Origin: an uncultured Leptospirales bacterium
Lineage (GTDB): Bacteria; Spirochaetota; UBA4802; UBA5550
Assembly (NCBI GenBank): GCA_964491265.1
Contig: CAZBFP010000015.1
Coordinates: 16,604 to 80,603, forward strand
Direction of reading: 5' to 3'
DNA: 64,000 bases
The position numbers were made by a program, and so were the translations under genes. This document shows, one piece after another, positions 30,630 through 40,631 of the stretch. Within the stretch, counting starts at the first letter, position 1; every line of letters starts with the position of its first letter. Below the pieces are notes generated by a model. The model had not been told where the DNA came from and made no database searches. It saw only the letters and a list, made by a program, of their open reading frames with translations.

Positions 30630-32429
30630 TTAAATATTTTCAAAGACGGAAAGTTCATCCCATCTTGCATAGAGAATTTCTATCTCCCCCTCCAGATCCT
30701 CAAGTTTTTTTCTGGTTTCCGCTACATCTGTCCCCTTTTTCTGATAAAATTCCGGGTCAGCCATTGCGGTATATATCTCTTTTACCATTGATTCTTTTTT
30801 CTCAATAACAGCAGGGAGTGATTCAAGTTCTTTTGCTTCATTGAATGTGAGCTTTGTTTTTTCCGCAGGTTTTTTCTCTCTTGATCTTTTTTTATTTTTT
30901 TCATTATCCGGCTTAGATGTTTTTCTCTGGACCAGCCAGTCGTCATAACCTCCTGCATACTCTTTGACTATACCCGGTTCTTCGAAGACTATTGTTCCTG
31001 CTACAACATTGTTGAGAAAAGATCTGTCGTGGCTTACCAGTAAAATTGTTCCTTCATAGTCAATAAGTATATCTTCAAGAAGTTCAATTGTCTCGATATC
31101 GAGATCGTTTGTAGGTTCATCAAGCACCAGAAGGTTCGCAGGCCTGGCAAAAAGCTTTGCCAGGAGAAGGCGGTTCTTTTCACCACCGGAAAGGAGTTTT
31201 ACTTTTATGTCTACCCTGTCAGGGGGGAAGAGAAAATCCTGAAGGTACCCGATAACATGTTTATTCTTCCCGTTAAAGCTGATTATCTCATTGCCGTCTG
31301 TTACATTCTCTTTAACAGATTTTTCTTCATCAAGTATGTTCCTCATCTGGTCAAAGTAGGCTGTTTCAATCCGTGCCCCTGACCGGACTCTCCCCGTGTC
31401 GGGTGTAATCTCACCCAGTAGTATTTTAAGAAGGGTGGTTTTGCCGCATCCGTTAGGTCCGATTATTCCCAGGCGGTCACCCCTCACAATTCTTGTTGAA
31501 AAGTTTTCTACTATTTTTGTATCATCATAGCTGAAAGATACCCCCTCAGCTTCAAATACCATCTTCCCGGAGGCTTCCGATTTCTGGATATCCATTCTGA
31601 CAGTTCCTGAAACTTCTCTGCGCATCGCTCTCTCTTCACGCATCTTTTTAAGAGCTCGCACCCGCCCCTCATTCCTTGTTCTTCGTGCTTTTATCCCTTT
31701 TCTTATCCACTCCTCCTCCTTTGCAAGTTTTTTGTCAAAGAGGCTGTTCTGTATCTCTTCAGATTCAAGCCAGGCTTCTTTCCTGCTCAGGAAGGTGCTG
31801 TAGTCGCATTTCCAGTCGAAAATTTTTCCCCTATCAAGTTCAATAATCCTCTTTGCTATTTTCTGCATAAAGGTTCTGTCGTGTGTAACAAAAAAAACTG
31901 TGCCGCTGTATCGAATGAGAAAATCTTCCAGCCAGATTATAAAGTCCAGATCCAGATGGTTTGTCGGTTCATCCAGAAGGAGAATGTCAGGCTCGGCCAC
32001 TATTGCCCTCCCTAGAAGTGTCCTCCTTTTCATCCCTGCAGAAAGATTGTTGAATATCTGGTCCCTGTCAAGATTCAGTATGGATAGGGTTTTTTCAATC
32101 TGCTGCAGGCTCTTCTGCTCTTCAAAGCTGTCATGATGCCCTTTGCAGTGCATGGTTGTCCCCTCTGAAATTACATCATAGATTGTCCCGGGGAGATTCT
32201 GCGGAACCTCCTGTGTAAGGAGTGATGTTTTCAGGGTATTCTCCCGTATCAATTCACCGGAGTCAGCTTCTATATCACCATGAATAAGTTTCATAAGTGT
32301 TGTTTTCCCTGTACCGTTACGCCCAAGAAGTGTTATTTTTTCACCTTTGTGAATCTGAAGTGTTATTTTGTCAAAAATCGGTTCGCTTCCAAAACTTAGA
32401 GTTATTTCCTGAAAATTCAGCAGTGCCAT
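30630..32429 (-). CDS. uup: ABC-F ATPase Uup
   Basis: Two ABC domains (GRNGTGKTT, GPNGCGKTT, LDEPTN twice), linker GIKARRTRNEGRVRAL, C-terminal coiled coil. Confidence 0.93.
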   Translation of the reverse strand: MALLNFQEITLSFGSEPIFDKITLQIHKGEKITLLGRNGTGKTTLMKLIHGDIEADSGELIRENTLKTSLLTQEVPQNLPGTIYDVISEGTTMHCKGHHDSFEEQKSLQQIEKTLSILNLDRDQIFNNLSAGMKRRTLLGRAIVAEPDILLLDEPTNHLDLDFIIWLEDFLIRYSGTVFFVTHDRTFMQKIAKRIIELDRGKIFDWKCDYSTFLSRKEAWLESEEIQNSLFDKKLAKEEEWIRKGIKARRTRNEGRVRALKKMREERAMRREVSGTVRMDIQKSEASGKMVFEAEGVSFSYDDTKIVENFSTRIVRGDRLGIIGPNGCGKTTLLKILLGEITPDTGRVRSGARIETAYFDQMRNILDEEKSVKENVTDGNEIISFNGKNKHVIGYLQDFLFPPDRVDIKVKLLSGGEKNRLLLAKLFARPANLLVLDEPTNDLDIETIELLEDILIDYEGTILLVSHDRSFLNNVVAGTIVFEEPGIVKEYAGGYDDWLVQRKTSKPDNEKNKKRSREKKPAEKTKLTFNEAKELESLPAVIEKKESMVKEIYTAMADPEFYQKKGTDVAETRKKLEDLEGEIEILYARWDELSVFENI

Positions 32430-34420
32430 TAATTATCTTTTCCTTTGATCGATTTACTGTCATCTGAAAGCATTTCTCTGTAAAAATTTATTTGATATTC
32501 CCTTGCGTTTAAAATATAGTTCCTGAATTTTTCTGTCAAATCGGGGTGTTTGTCCTTAATATTTTTTATTTCTCCGGGATCTGTTTCCAGGTTGTATAGT
32601 TCTTCAAGTCCATTGTCCATTCTTCTTATGTACTTCCATTTCCCGTCCCTTATTCCGCAGTAATCATCTTTCCAGAATGTGTGGAGAAAAGCAAGCTGCT
32701 CCTTGTGAGATGAAAGGATCGACTTCCCTTCATGTTTTTTATCTTTTTGGATTCCCAGTATATCCTGCATAGTAACTGGAATATCAATATGACTTGAGAT
32801 TCCGTCATAAACAAGAGGTTCCGGAAAAAATTCTTTGCTGTATATCATGAAGGGGACATGAACATTCACATCATAAAGGAAGAAGGGGTGGTTATAGTTC
32901 TGAGGCTGCTGGTAAAAAGCTTCACCATGATCCGCTACAAGGAAAAGGATTGTATTTTCCATGAGTCCCTCCTTTTCAAGGGTGTCTATAAGTTCACCCA
33001 GACAGTAGTCCGCGTAGTGGAGCGAGTTGAGGTAATTTAGCCAGTTCCTTTCTTTGTAATCGATCCCCCTCGGTACAGGTCCGGTAATCTGCTTAAATCT
33101 ATCAGGAATGGCATAGGGGTGATGGGGGTTAACTGGCATATATTTTATGAAAAAGGGTTTGTTTCTCCTGTTCTTTAAAAATTCAATTGATGGGGCGGTC
33201 ATTGCCCTTTCATCTACACCCCATCCCACTTTATAATTATATGGCGGGATCTCTTCAAGCTCAGGGAGGTCAATAATTCTGTCTATCCCCCTGTAGCTTA
33301 AAAATCGCCTCTGCCCCGCGTACCTGAGATCCCCTGTGTGGACCACAGATGTGGTGTAGCCATTCTTCTTTAGAATTTCTGTTATGGAGTTGAGCTTAAT
33401 TGATGAGTATTTCTGAACTACCAGATCTTTAGAGCGATGGCTGTATGCAGATGTAAAAACTGAAAGCATGGCATTTGCTGAAAGGGGGAAATTGGCATAA
33501 TGGTTTTTTGCAAAGAGAGCGTTCTTTTTTAGTCTGTGCCAGTTAGGGAGAACTTTTCCCCCATTTATCTCCAGGTCAAAATATGCCATGGGTGTTGACT
33601 CAAAAAAGTAGAGTATTATGTTGTAATCTTTCCCTCTGGGAATATTGTTTATCCTTCTGTGGAGACGAGGGTTTATAAGAGATTCCGTATTGAGTCCGAA
33701 TTTAAAATCACCCTCAGGTAATGCTTCAGCTAATTCCTCCCTGTCTCTGCTTATAAAAAGATTGTATATGGGATTACCGCTTACTTCTTTAATTAGAATA
33801 TTATCACTCCGGCTGCTTCCCTGGTTTGTGCAGGAGTCGGGGATTGCTGCAAGTCCGGCCAGTATGAGGATCAGGGAAATGTGAGACAAAAGAAAAGCAG
33901 GTGCGGTTCCCGGTTTTCTCTTTTTTAACCTCTCAAGTAATTCCGGAAATTTCATTATAACTGGAATAATAAGCACTATCCCTGCAATTGCTTTTATGTA
34001 TAGACTCAGAGGGGTTTCAGCAATGGCTGATCCGATTAATTCAGCAAGACCTGTTGTGATTTCGCTGGCCCAGAATTTTCTGGAAAAAGCGGTTTCGTAT
34101 ATACGGAAAAAATTTGCAGCTTTAATAAGAAAGAGGTGAATCGATGATAAAATAATAATAGTAACAACGGAGACCGCTTTATTGCATTTTCTCCCTGCAT
34201 TAGAAAGAAGGTATAGAATTATCAATACAGAAAATATAATAACAGCATCAGCGAATGCAGCACTGCTCAAATATCCCCGGAAGCTTATATCAGTGAATTG
34301 CGGATATATCCCTTTTATCAGAAAGTAAATTTCCACTCTATATAAAAGGAGTGAGAGGAGAAATATGGAGGATGAAGCAATATATAAGCCTGGTACAGAA
34401 ATTATTTTTTTATTTATCAT
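32429..34420 (-). CDS. Membrane-anchored sulfatase-like/LTA synthase family protein
   Basis: N-terminal TM helices; NIILYFFES, HHPY, YLNSLHYAD, ADHGE, VPFMIY, ELYNLETDPGE. Confidence 0.85.
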   Translation of the reverse strand: MINKKIISVPGLYIASSSIFLLSLLLYRVEIYFLIKGIYPQFTDISFRGYLSSAAFADAVIIFSVLIILYLLSNAGRKCNKAVSVVTIIILSSIHLFLIKAANFFRIYETAFSRKFWASEITTGLAELIGSAIAETPLSLYIKAIAGIVLIIPVIMKFPELLERLKKRKPGTAPAFLLSHISLILILAGLAAIPDSCTNQGSSRSDNILIKEVSGNPIYNLFISRDREELAEALPEGDFKFGLNTESLINPRLHRRINNIPRGKDYNIILYFFESTPMAYFDLEINGGKVLPNWHRLKKNALFAKNHYANFPLSANAMLSVFTSAYSHRSKDLVVQKYSSIKLNSITEILKKNGYTTSVVHTGDLRYAGQRRFLSYRGIDRIIDLPELEEIPPYNYKVGWGVDERAMTAPSIEFLKNRRNKPFFIKYMPVNPHHPYAIPDRFKQITGPVPRGIDYKERNWLNYLNSLHYADYCLGELIDTLEKEGLMENTILFLVADHGEAFYQQPQNYNHPFFLYDVNVHVPFMIYSKEFFPEPLVYDGISSHIDIPVTMQDILGIQKDKKHEGKSILSSHKEQLAFLHTFWKDDYCGIRDGKWKYIRRMDNGLEELYNLETDPGEIKNIKDKHPDLTEKFRNYILNAREYQINFYREMLSDDSKSIKGKDN

Positions 34421-34575
34421 TTCCAGTCAGTGTTCCTGTAGAAATTTTCCGGGGATCGGGTGATAACCCCCTTCAGGTCAGAAGACAGAATGTTGAATAA
34501 TTTTGCAATTTTTATTTTTCGCAATTCATCCTTGAATTGAGTTACTGAACCTTATATCCTGATAAAAAATACTTG

Positions 34576-34597
34576 ATATTTACCTTAAGGGAAATAT
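34576..34597. promoter_or_regulatory. Palindromic candidate operator upstream of the PIN TA pair
   Basis: ATATTTACCTTAAGGGAAATAT, a 22-bp dyad with one mismatched pair, overlapping a TTGATA -35-like hexamer. Confidence 0.45.
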
Positions 34598-34618
34598 TTT
34601 ATAGATAGAGGTATATTT

Positions 34619-34819
34619 ATGCAGGAAATAAAAAATATTGATTATCAGCAGGAGCTTCTAAAAATTATTCCGCCAAATATCACAGCTGATGATATCAGGG
34701 TTATCAAGAAATTTCTTGTCAGCTATTTTGCAGGCAAAGCTTCTGATGAAATGGATAAATTCTGGGATGAACAGGGTATTACATCCGCAGAAGAGATGAG
34801 TAAATATCTGAATGACTGA
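34619..34819 (+). CDS. Small putative antitoxin
   Basis: 66 aa, SD GAGG, overlaps the start of the PIN gene. Confidence 0.6.
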   Translation: MQEIKNIDYQQELLKIIPPNITADDIRVIKKFLVSYFAGKASDEMDKFWDEQGITSAEEMSKYLND

Positions 34820-35231
34820 GCAGCGTAAATTACGGGTAATTCTTGATACGAATGTCCTGATTGTTTCCATCTCAAAAAAATCTGAGTATCACTGGATTTT
34901 TGAAAAGCTTGTTTATGAGGAATATGATTTATTTATTTCAAATGAAATTTTATCTGAGTACGAGGAAATTTTAAGCACAAAGACAAATCAGGTTATTAAA
35001 AATAGTATTATAGATTTACTGTTAATTGCAGACAACGTTCATAAAACAATGACATATTTTAACTGGAATCTTATCAGCGGCGATAAGGATGATAATAAAT
35101 TCGTTGATTGTGCTATTGCTGTAAATGCTGACTGTATCGTCACAAATGATAAACATTTTGATGTTTTGAAAAACATTCAATTTCCGAAAATAAACGTTTT
35201 AAATCCTGAAGAATTTTATAAGCTTTTCTGA
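34812..35231 (+). CDS. PIN-domain (VapC-like) toxin
   Basis: VILDTNVL, EYEE, DKDDNKFVDCA, VTNDKHF. Confidence 0.9.
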   Translation: MTEQRKLRVILDTNVLIVSISKKSEYHWIFEKLVYEEYDLFISNEILSEYEEILSTKTNQVIKNSIIDLLLIADNVHKTMTYFNWNLISGDKDDNKFVDCAIAVNADCIVTNDKHFDVLKNIQFPKINVLNPEEFYKLF

Positions 35232-35268
35232 ATTAGCAATCTATTAAAAAGTAAGTATCTTTATTTTT

Positions 35269-36150
35269 TTACTTAAAAGCGTAAATTACCATAGAGCTGG
35301 TCATTGCAAAATTTCCGGCATGTATTTTGCTTTTAAGGTGGTATGATGAAATCCTTAACCAGGCTTTGTAATCCCGAATTGTTTTAAAATTCCCCCGTGA
35401 TTTCATAAGCTTGGGGAGGAGCCCGAACTCAACAGGGTAGAAAACCTTTATTTTTGTGAAGCCCGTGCTCCGGAGGGCGCGGGTCAGGTTGGCCATTGTA
35501 AAATAGGAGAGATGCCCGGGCATAAAGTATTCGTAATCTTTACCCAGCTTCTTTGCCTGTTGACCCGCCATATTAGCTGTCTGTATTACCAGGAGCCCAT
35601 CATTCTTTAAAAGCCTGAAACATTCCTCAATGGCAAAGAGGGGGTTCTCCAGGTGTTCAATCAGCTCAATCATTGTTATTGCTGAAAAGAAATTTCCAGG
35701 GAAAGGGTGATCCTCAATTGTGCCGTGATGAATTTTATCCCCGAAAACTGAAGATGCGTGGCTGTATGCGTATTCAGATGCTTCAATTCCGTAGGGGGTG
35801 TGGAATTCTGATGCTGCTTCAAGGAGACCGCCGAAAGAGCATCCTATGTCGAGAAAGTTCCCATTTTTAATATATCTGTTTATTACTTTTACGCGTTTGT
35901 TCCATACATGGTTGGAGAATTTTTTAATCTTCCTTTCATCTATATATGAATAATCAGCATCTCCCTTAAAGTAATCCTCCGAGTATAATGATTTTACTGT
36001 TTCATCATCCAGGGCAGGGTTCATGAAAATAAAGCCGCAATTGCTGCATATATCAGTCTTGAATTTAATTTCATATTTATCAATTGAGTAGTGTGCGCAT
36101 ATTGGTCCGCTTCTGCAAAGGGGACAGTTTGTTCTTTTCTCTTTAAACAT
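35269..36150 (-). CDS. Class I SAM-dependent methyltransferase with N-terminal CxxC pairs
   Basis: CPLC, CSNCG, LDIGCSFG, IEHL. Confidence 0.85.
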   Translation of the reverse strand: MFKEKRTNCPLCRSGPICAHYSIDKYEIKFKTDICSNCGFIFMNPALDDETVKSLYSEDYFKGDADYSYIDERKIKKFSNHVWNKRVKVINRYIKNGNFLDIGCSFGGLLEAASEFHTPYGIEASEYAYSHASSVFGDKIHHGTIEDHPFPGNFFSAITMIELIEHLENPLFAIEECFRLLKNDGLLVIQTANMAGQQAKKLGKDYEYFMPGHLSYFTMANLTRALRSTGFTKIKVFYPVEFGLLPKLMKSRGNFKTIRDYKAWLRISSYHLKSKIHAGNFAMTSSMVIYAFK

Positions 36151-36175
36151 AATTTATTTTCGTTGCAGTTTAAAT

Positions 36176-37087
36176 TTAAACCGCTTCGCAGTACCCCATT
36201 TTTTGGTATTTATCCCATTTTTTATCAACAGCTCTCTGTATCTCCTCTACAACTGAGTCTGGTGCGGTTCTGAATCTATCCTGTGATCTTATGTATTCCT
36301 CAACAGGATTTCTTATCCCCTTTTCTGCATTTTTTCTCGTTTGCCCCGTAAATCTGAATTCCCCTTCATCTATTTCGTAGAGGTCAAATATTCCGCAGTC
36401 AATAGCCATGCGCCCCATTTTAACCGTTAGTGAAGGGTCATATCCCCAGCCAGGGGCACAGGGGGCAAGGATGTGGATGTATCTGGTTCCATAAATATCT
36501 TTTGCTTTTTTAAATTTATCGTAAAGATCTCCCGGATATGAGGGGCAGGCAGTTGCCACATAGGGTATATTGTGAGCAGCCATTATCATGGGCATATCTT
36601 TTTTCGGCTCAAATTTCCCGTCCGGAGTTGTTGTTGTGAATGCCCCTTTAGGTGTGCTTCCTGAGCGCTGGGTCCCTGTGTTCATATATCCTTCGTTGTC
36701 ATAACTGACATATAGAAAATCGGTATTCCGCTCAGCAGCGCCGGAAAGTGCCTGGATCCCTATGTCAGCTGTACCGCCGTCTCCGGCCCATCCCACAACT
36801 GTAATCTCATCTTTCCCCAGGACTCTCAGTGCAGCCTTAATCCCTGTGGCTGATGCTGCGGTTGTTTCAAAAGCTGTATTAAGGCATGGAACCAGCATTG
36901 AGGAAACCGGGTACATCCCCTGAAGTACTGTAAGGCAGCTTGCAGGAACAGTTAAAACTGTTTCCTGTCCCAGGGCTTTGAGGCCGTGTCTGTATGCTAT
37001 AGAGAGGCCGCATCCGATGCATGCCCTGTTCCCCGGAAGTGCATACTCAAATTCAGGGAGTGTTAGAGGAGTTGTGTTAGATTCCAT
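36176..37087 (-). CDS. porB: 2-oxoacid:ferredoxin oxidoreductase beta subunit
   Basis: ACIGCG, GDGGTADIG, YDNEGYMNTG, PCAPGW. Confidence 0.9.
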   Translation of the reverse strand: MESNTTPLTLPEFEYALPGNRACIGCGLSIAYRHGLKALGQETVLTVPASCLTVLQGMYPVSSMLVPCLNTAFETTAASATGIKAALRVLGKDEITVVGWAGDGGTADIGIQALSGAAERNTDFLYVSYDNEGYMNTGTQRSGSTPKGAFTTTTPDGKFEPKKDMPMIMAAHNIPYVATACPSYPGDLYDKFKKAKDIYGTRYIHILAPCAPGWGYDPSLTVKMGRMAIDCGIFDLYEIDEGEFRFTGQTRKNAEKGIRNPVEEYIRSQDRFRTAPDSVVEEIQRAVDKKWDKYQKMGYCEAV

Positions 37088-37099
37088 TATATTCTCCGG

Positions 37100-38332
37100 T
37101 CAGTATCTGCAGTTTATAAATTCAGCCGGCTTTCCTGTTCCGGTTGCATTGTCTTTTAAAAATGATATTGTTTTTTCAAGAGCTTCAATTATGTGGGAGG
37201 CATTTACGTCTCTCCCACCCAGCCCCATTATATATCCATGAACAGGGATAACCGCTCCTGAGTCGTAGAGTGCTGATTTCAACTCAGTGCAGAGAGCCCC
37301 TTCATTGCCGAAACTTATATCTTTTTCCATAACAGCAACAGCTCTGCATCCTGTTTCTTTAATTAATGCGGAAATAATTACAGAGGGGAATGGCCTGAAT
37401 AGGCGCAGATGAATTACCCCCGCCTTTATCCCATTATCCCGCATCATGTCAGCAGCATCCATGGCCTCGCTTGCAAGACTCCCCATAGAAAAGATTATAT
37501 ACTCAGCTTCTTCTGTTTTATATAAATCATAGAGTCCGTAGGAGCGGCCGAATTTATCTCCAAACTCCGCACCGGTATCTTTTACAACATCAATGGCTTC
37601 AATGTGGGCCTGCTGCAGGGTGTATCTGAATTCAAAGTATCCGTGGCACAGGGTCCCGTCCGCATTTGCGCGGGGATCTGCCAGGGTAACGGGATTTATA
37701 TTTTTTGGATCTGCTGTGTCTATTATTGTATGGGGCACATAATCGGGGAGGAAGGATTTTACCAGAGCAGGTTCAGGAATCGATACCGGCATCATTGTGT
37801 GGGAGAGTACATACCCGTCATAACATACCATCACAGGGAGCATAACCTTTTCTGCTATCCTGTAAGCCTGGATTATACTGTCCAGCACCTCCTGGTTGTT
37901 GCGGCAGTATATCTGCATCCACCCTGTGTCGCGCTGTGAAATTGTATCCTGCTGGTCGTTGAGGATGCTCCATGGTGCAGCCAGGGCCCTGTTGGGTATT
38001 GCCATTACTATGGGGAGCCTGGTCCCTGCTGCCCAGTGAAGCATTTCGTGCATTAGGGCCAGTCCATTGGCGCAGCTTGCAGTGAACACCCTGGCTCCCA
38101 CAGCAGATGCTGAAATGCAGACTGTTATTGCGCTGTGCTCGCTCTCCACCGTGACAATTTCAGCCTTCATCTCGCCATTCTGCACAAATTCTATAAGTTT
38201 TTCCATTACCGGGGATTGGGGTGTAATAGGGTAGGCGGATATAATCTGCGCGCCTGACAGTCTTGCCCCCCATGCAGCGGCATAGTTTGCTGTTAGTATT
38301 TCTGTTTGTGAAGCTTTTACTGTGTTATTCAT
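37100..38332 (-). CDS. porA: 2-oxoacid:ferredoxin oxidoreductase alpha subunit
   Basis: AYPITPQ, VESEHSA, NRALAAP, RDTGW, GLGGRD. Confidence 0.92.
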   Translation of the reverse strand: MNNTVKASQTEILTANYAAAWGARLSGAQIISAYPITPQSPVMEKLIEFVQNGEMKAEIVTVESEHSAITVCISASAVGARVFTASCANGLALMHEMLHWAAGTRLPIVMAIPNRALAAPWSILNDQQDTISQRDTGWMQIYCRNNQEVLDSIIQAYRIAEKVMLPVMVCYDGYVLSHTMMPVSIPEPALVKSFLPDYVPHTIIDTADPKNINPVTLADPRANADGTLCHGYFEFRYTLQQAHIEAIDVVKDTGAEFGDKFGRSYGLYDLYKTEEAEYIIFSMGSLASEAMDAADMMRDNGIKAGVIHLRLFRPFPSVIISALIKETGCRAVAVMEKDISFGNEGALCTELKSALYDSGAVIPVHGYIMGLGGRDVNASHIIEALEKTISFLKDNATGTGKPAEFINCRY

Positions 38333-38336
38333 ATAT

Positions 38337-38660
38337 TTAACCTGCAGCTGTTTTTTCAGAATTCTGATCAATCATTGTTATTGCCTTTGTCGGGCACTCC
38401 TCCGCGCAAATTCCGCACCCTTTGCAGTACTTCAGGTCGATTACCGGGGGTACTGTTCTTGATATAACCGCATCAGGGCAGTACATCCAGCATATAAAGC
38501 ATGCTTCTTTATTTGTTCTGGCAGGAGTACACTTTTTATAATCTATTTGAGGGTATTTTACCCTCCAGTCCCCTGTACGGCCTGCTTCCCCATTTGCCGG
38601 TGAGGAAGCTGCTGCAAGGTGGCCGCAGCTTCGGGTTTTAGGCAGATCACTATTGTTCAT
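38337..38660 (-). CDS. porD: 2-oxoacid:ferredoxin oxidoreductase delta subunit (2x4Fe-4S)
   Basis: TGDWR, CWMYCPD, CKGCGICAEECP. Confidence 0.9.
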   Translation of the reverse strand: MNNSDLPKTRSCGHLAAASSPANGEAGRTGDWRVKYPQIDYKKCTPARTNKEACFICWMYCPDAVISRTVPPVIDLKYCKGCGICAEECPTKAITMIDQNSEKTAAG

Positions 38661-39231
38661 ATATCCTCGTTTTATTAAATGCAGCGGACGCTGCTTCAAT
38701 ATTTTTTTTACCTTTAGTTTCGCCGAATTTTGATCTGATAGCTTCTATGACAGATTCCATTTTAAGAAGTGAAGTCAGTTTTACGAAAGATCCGAGAATG
38801 GGTGTATTAAGAATAGGTACTCCGGCGGTTTTAAGGCCGCAGCCAAGGGCAATGCTGGTGATGTCTGCGGTGCCGACCCGGGCAAAAATTGAGAGCCCCA
38901 GCTCTTCAGGGGATTTTGTTGAATTTATAAGTATTACAGTTGAAGGATCGAGTTTGCCTGACAGGTTCAATACCGGGAGAAGGGTGGGGTCAAGTACAAC
39001 TGCATAATCGGGGTTTGTGACCTGCGAAAAAATGCGTATAGGCTCTCTGGAGAGTCTGAGAAATGCTGCTACAGGTGCGCCTCTTCTTTCTGCTCCAAAT
39101 GATGGCGCTGTGGTTATTCCCGGGTACCCTTCAATATCAGCTGCTTCAGCAATAAGCTGACTTGCAGTAATGGCACCCTGGCCGCCCCGTCCATACCAGA
39201 TGATCTCTGTGTATTTTTTGTTCTTCTGCAT
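38650..39231 (-). CDS. porC: 2-oxoacid:ferredoxin oxidoreductase gamma subunit
   Basis: GRGGQGA, FGAERRGAPV, NTPILG. Confidence 0.92.
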   Translation of the reverse strand: MQKNKKYTEIIWYGRGGQGAITASQLIAEAADIEGYPGITTAPSFGAERRGAPVAAFLRLSREPIRIFSQVTNPDYAVVLDPTLLPVLNLSGKLDPSTVILINSTKSPEELGLSIFARVGTADITSIALGCGLKTAGVPILNTPILGSFVKLTSLLKMESVIEAIRSKFGETKGKKNIEAASAAFNKTRIYEQ

Positions 39232-39497
39232 TATGTAACCATATCCGTAATGAATTTTTGTTGATATAGCACTTATTTTTGAACAGCAGAAATTTAATAT
39301 AAAAATCTGCCTTACTCTCAGGCAGAATCACTATGATTGCAGGAAATATCAAGTATCTTTCTTTGATGTATGGGGGATTTTTTGAGAAAATTTATGGAGG
39401 TCTTAAAAAAAATATGATTTTTGAGAAATATATTCCCTTACAGGGGGGAATTGACAATTTCCGGAGGATTATAATTTCTTTAATAATTGTATAGCTT

Positions 39498-39914
39498 TTA
39501 TGAAAGGTTTTTTTCTTTTCTTTCCTTCATTTGAGAATGTCGGCCATAAATAAAAATCCCTACCAGGATGACTAAGCTTGTTATTATTATCTGTAATCCT
39601 ACAGCTGATTTATCATTTAATATGATAATGATACCACCGATGATTGCAGTCATCGTAATTAAAAAAGCCATCCACATCCCGAGTGACTCTTTGTTAATAT
39701 TTGAACTTACTACTTTTTCTTCAAGACTAATTCTGTGACTGGTTTGTTTTTCGGCCATGGATAGAATTCTTTCAGCTGATCCAGGTAAAACCCGATCATA
39801 ATCCTCAAACATTTGTGGTGGTGGGATTGGCGCAGAATATGATAATGAACTTTGTTGTATCAGAGTTGAGTTTTTGTTTTGTGCGGTTGTTTTTGGTTTA
39901 GTTCTTTTGGGCAT
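39498..39914 (-). CDS. DUF2335-like two-TM membrane protein
   Basis: YSAPIPPP..EDYDRVLPGSAERILSMAEKQTSHR followed by two hydrophobic helices. Confidence 0.75.
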   Translation of the reverse strand: MPKRTKPKTTAQNKNSTLIQQSSLSYSAPIPPPQMFEDYDRVLPGSAERILSMAEKQTSHRISLEEKVVSSNINKESLGMWMAFLITMTAIIGGIIIILNDKSAVGLQIIITSLVILVGIFIYGRHSQMKERKEKNLS

Positions 39915-39915
39915 G

Positions 39916-40128
39916 TTATTCGTTTTTGTTTAGAGATTCGTTTATGGTATATTTTATATCGTTCCCTATTGTCACCCAGTCGCTTTTTAAAGCTGCTAAG
40001 TCTGCCTGTTGAGGGGTTTGTTTTATGTTATAGGAGTCAAAGGTGCCTCCAATATCCAATACCCGTGACATCCCGGACAGAAAAGATGGCTGAGCGTAAA
40101 GTATATCTGTATAACTATATTTTCCCAT
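39916..40128 (-). CDS. Hypothetical 70-aa protein coupled to the DUF2335-like gene
   Basis: SD upstream; stop 1 bp before the next ATG; D..AL..DW..IG.D motif. Confidence 0.65.
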   Translation of the reverse strand: MGKYSYTDILYAQPSFLSGMSRVLDIGGTFDSYNIKQTPQQADLAALKSDWVTIGNDIKYTINESLNKNE

Positions 40129-40354
40129 AATTTTACTTCCCTTTTCAATTTAAGTATGATATTCTTTATAAATTGTTACAATTAATATATCGATGTCATA
40201 AAATTTCAATATGTTTTAATATAATTAAAATGTTTTTTAAGCTTTGACCATATAAGCACATTTTCTTAATGAATATGTTAATGTAAGTTAATTATAAATT
40301 AAATATAGTATAATATTTTAGCATAAACAATCATATAATGTTTAATTATAAAAT

Positions 40355-40382
40355 AAAACCCCTGATTTTTCAGGGGTTTTTT
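40355..40382. terminator. Terminator downstream of tRNA-Gly
   Basis: AAAACCCCTGA-TTTT-TCAGGGGTTTT. Confidence 0.8.
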
Positions 40383-40390
40383 ACTTTATG

Positions 40391-40461
40391 AGCGGGTGAT
40401 GGGAATCGAACCCACGTAGTCAGCTTGGAAGGCTGAAGTTCTACCACTGAACTACACCCGC
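40391..40461 (-). tRNA. tRNA-Gly (anticodon TCC), CCA not encoded
   Basis: GCGGGTG TAGTTCAGTGGTAGAAC T TCAGC CTTCCAA GCTGA CTAC GTGGG TTCGATT CCCAT CACCCGC T cloverleaf. Confidence 0.97.
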
Positions 40462-40540
40462 ATTAACGAAATGTAATAGATAATTATATGGGATATGAGT
40501 CAAGAAAAAATATTATTTTTTTCAAAAAACCCTTTTCTCC

Positions 40541-40594
40541 TTGACAATTATGTCTCCTGGGGTTAAAAGTGGGGAATAGTGGTGAAAATTGTTG
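40541..40594 (+). promoter_or_regulatory. dcw promoter with MraZ boxes
   Basis: TTGACA at 40541; GTGGGG, GTGGTG and TTGTTG repeats at 10-bp period (40569, 40579, 40589). Confidence 0.75.
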
Positions 40595-40631
40595 AAAAAA
40601 ACCACATACAGGGTAAAACTGGTAATAAATT

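Noticed and set aside
39360-39500. att duplication of the tRNA-Gly 3' end bounding the islet
   Set aside because: No repeat of the tRNA 3' sequence was found by eye.
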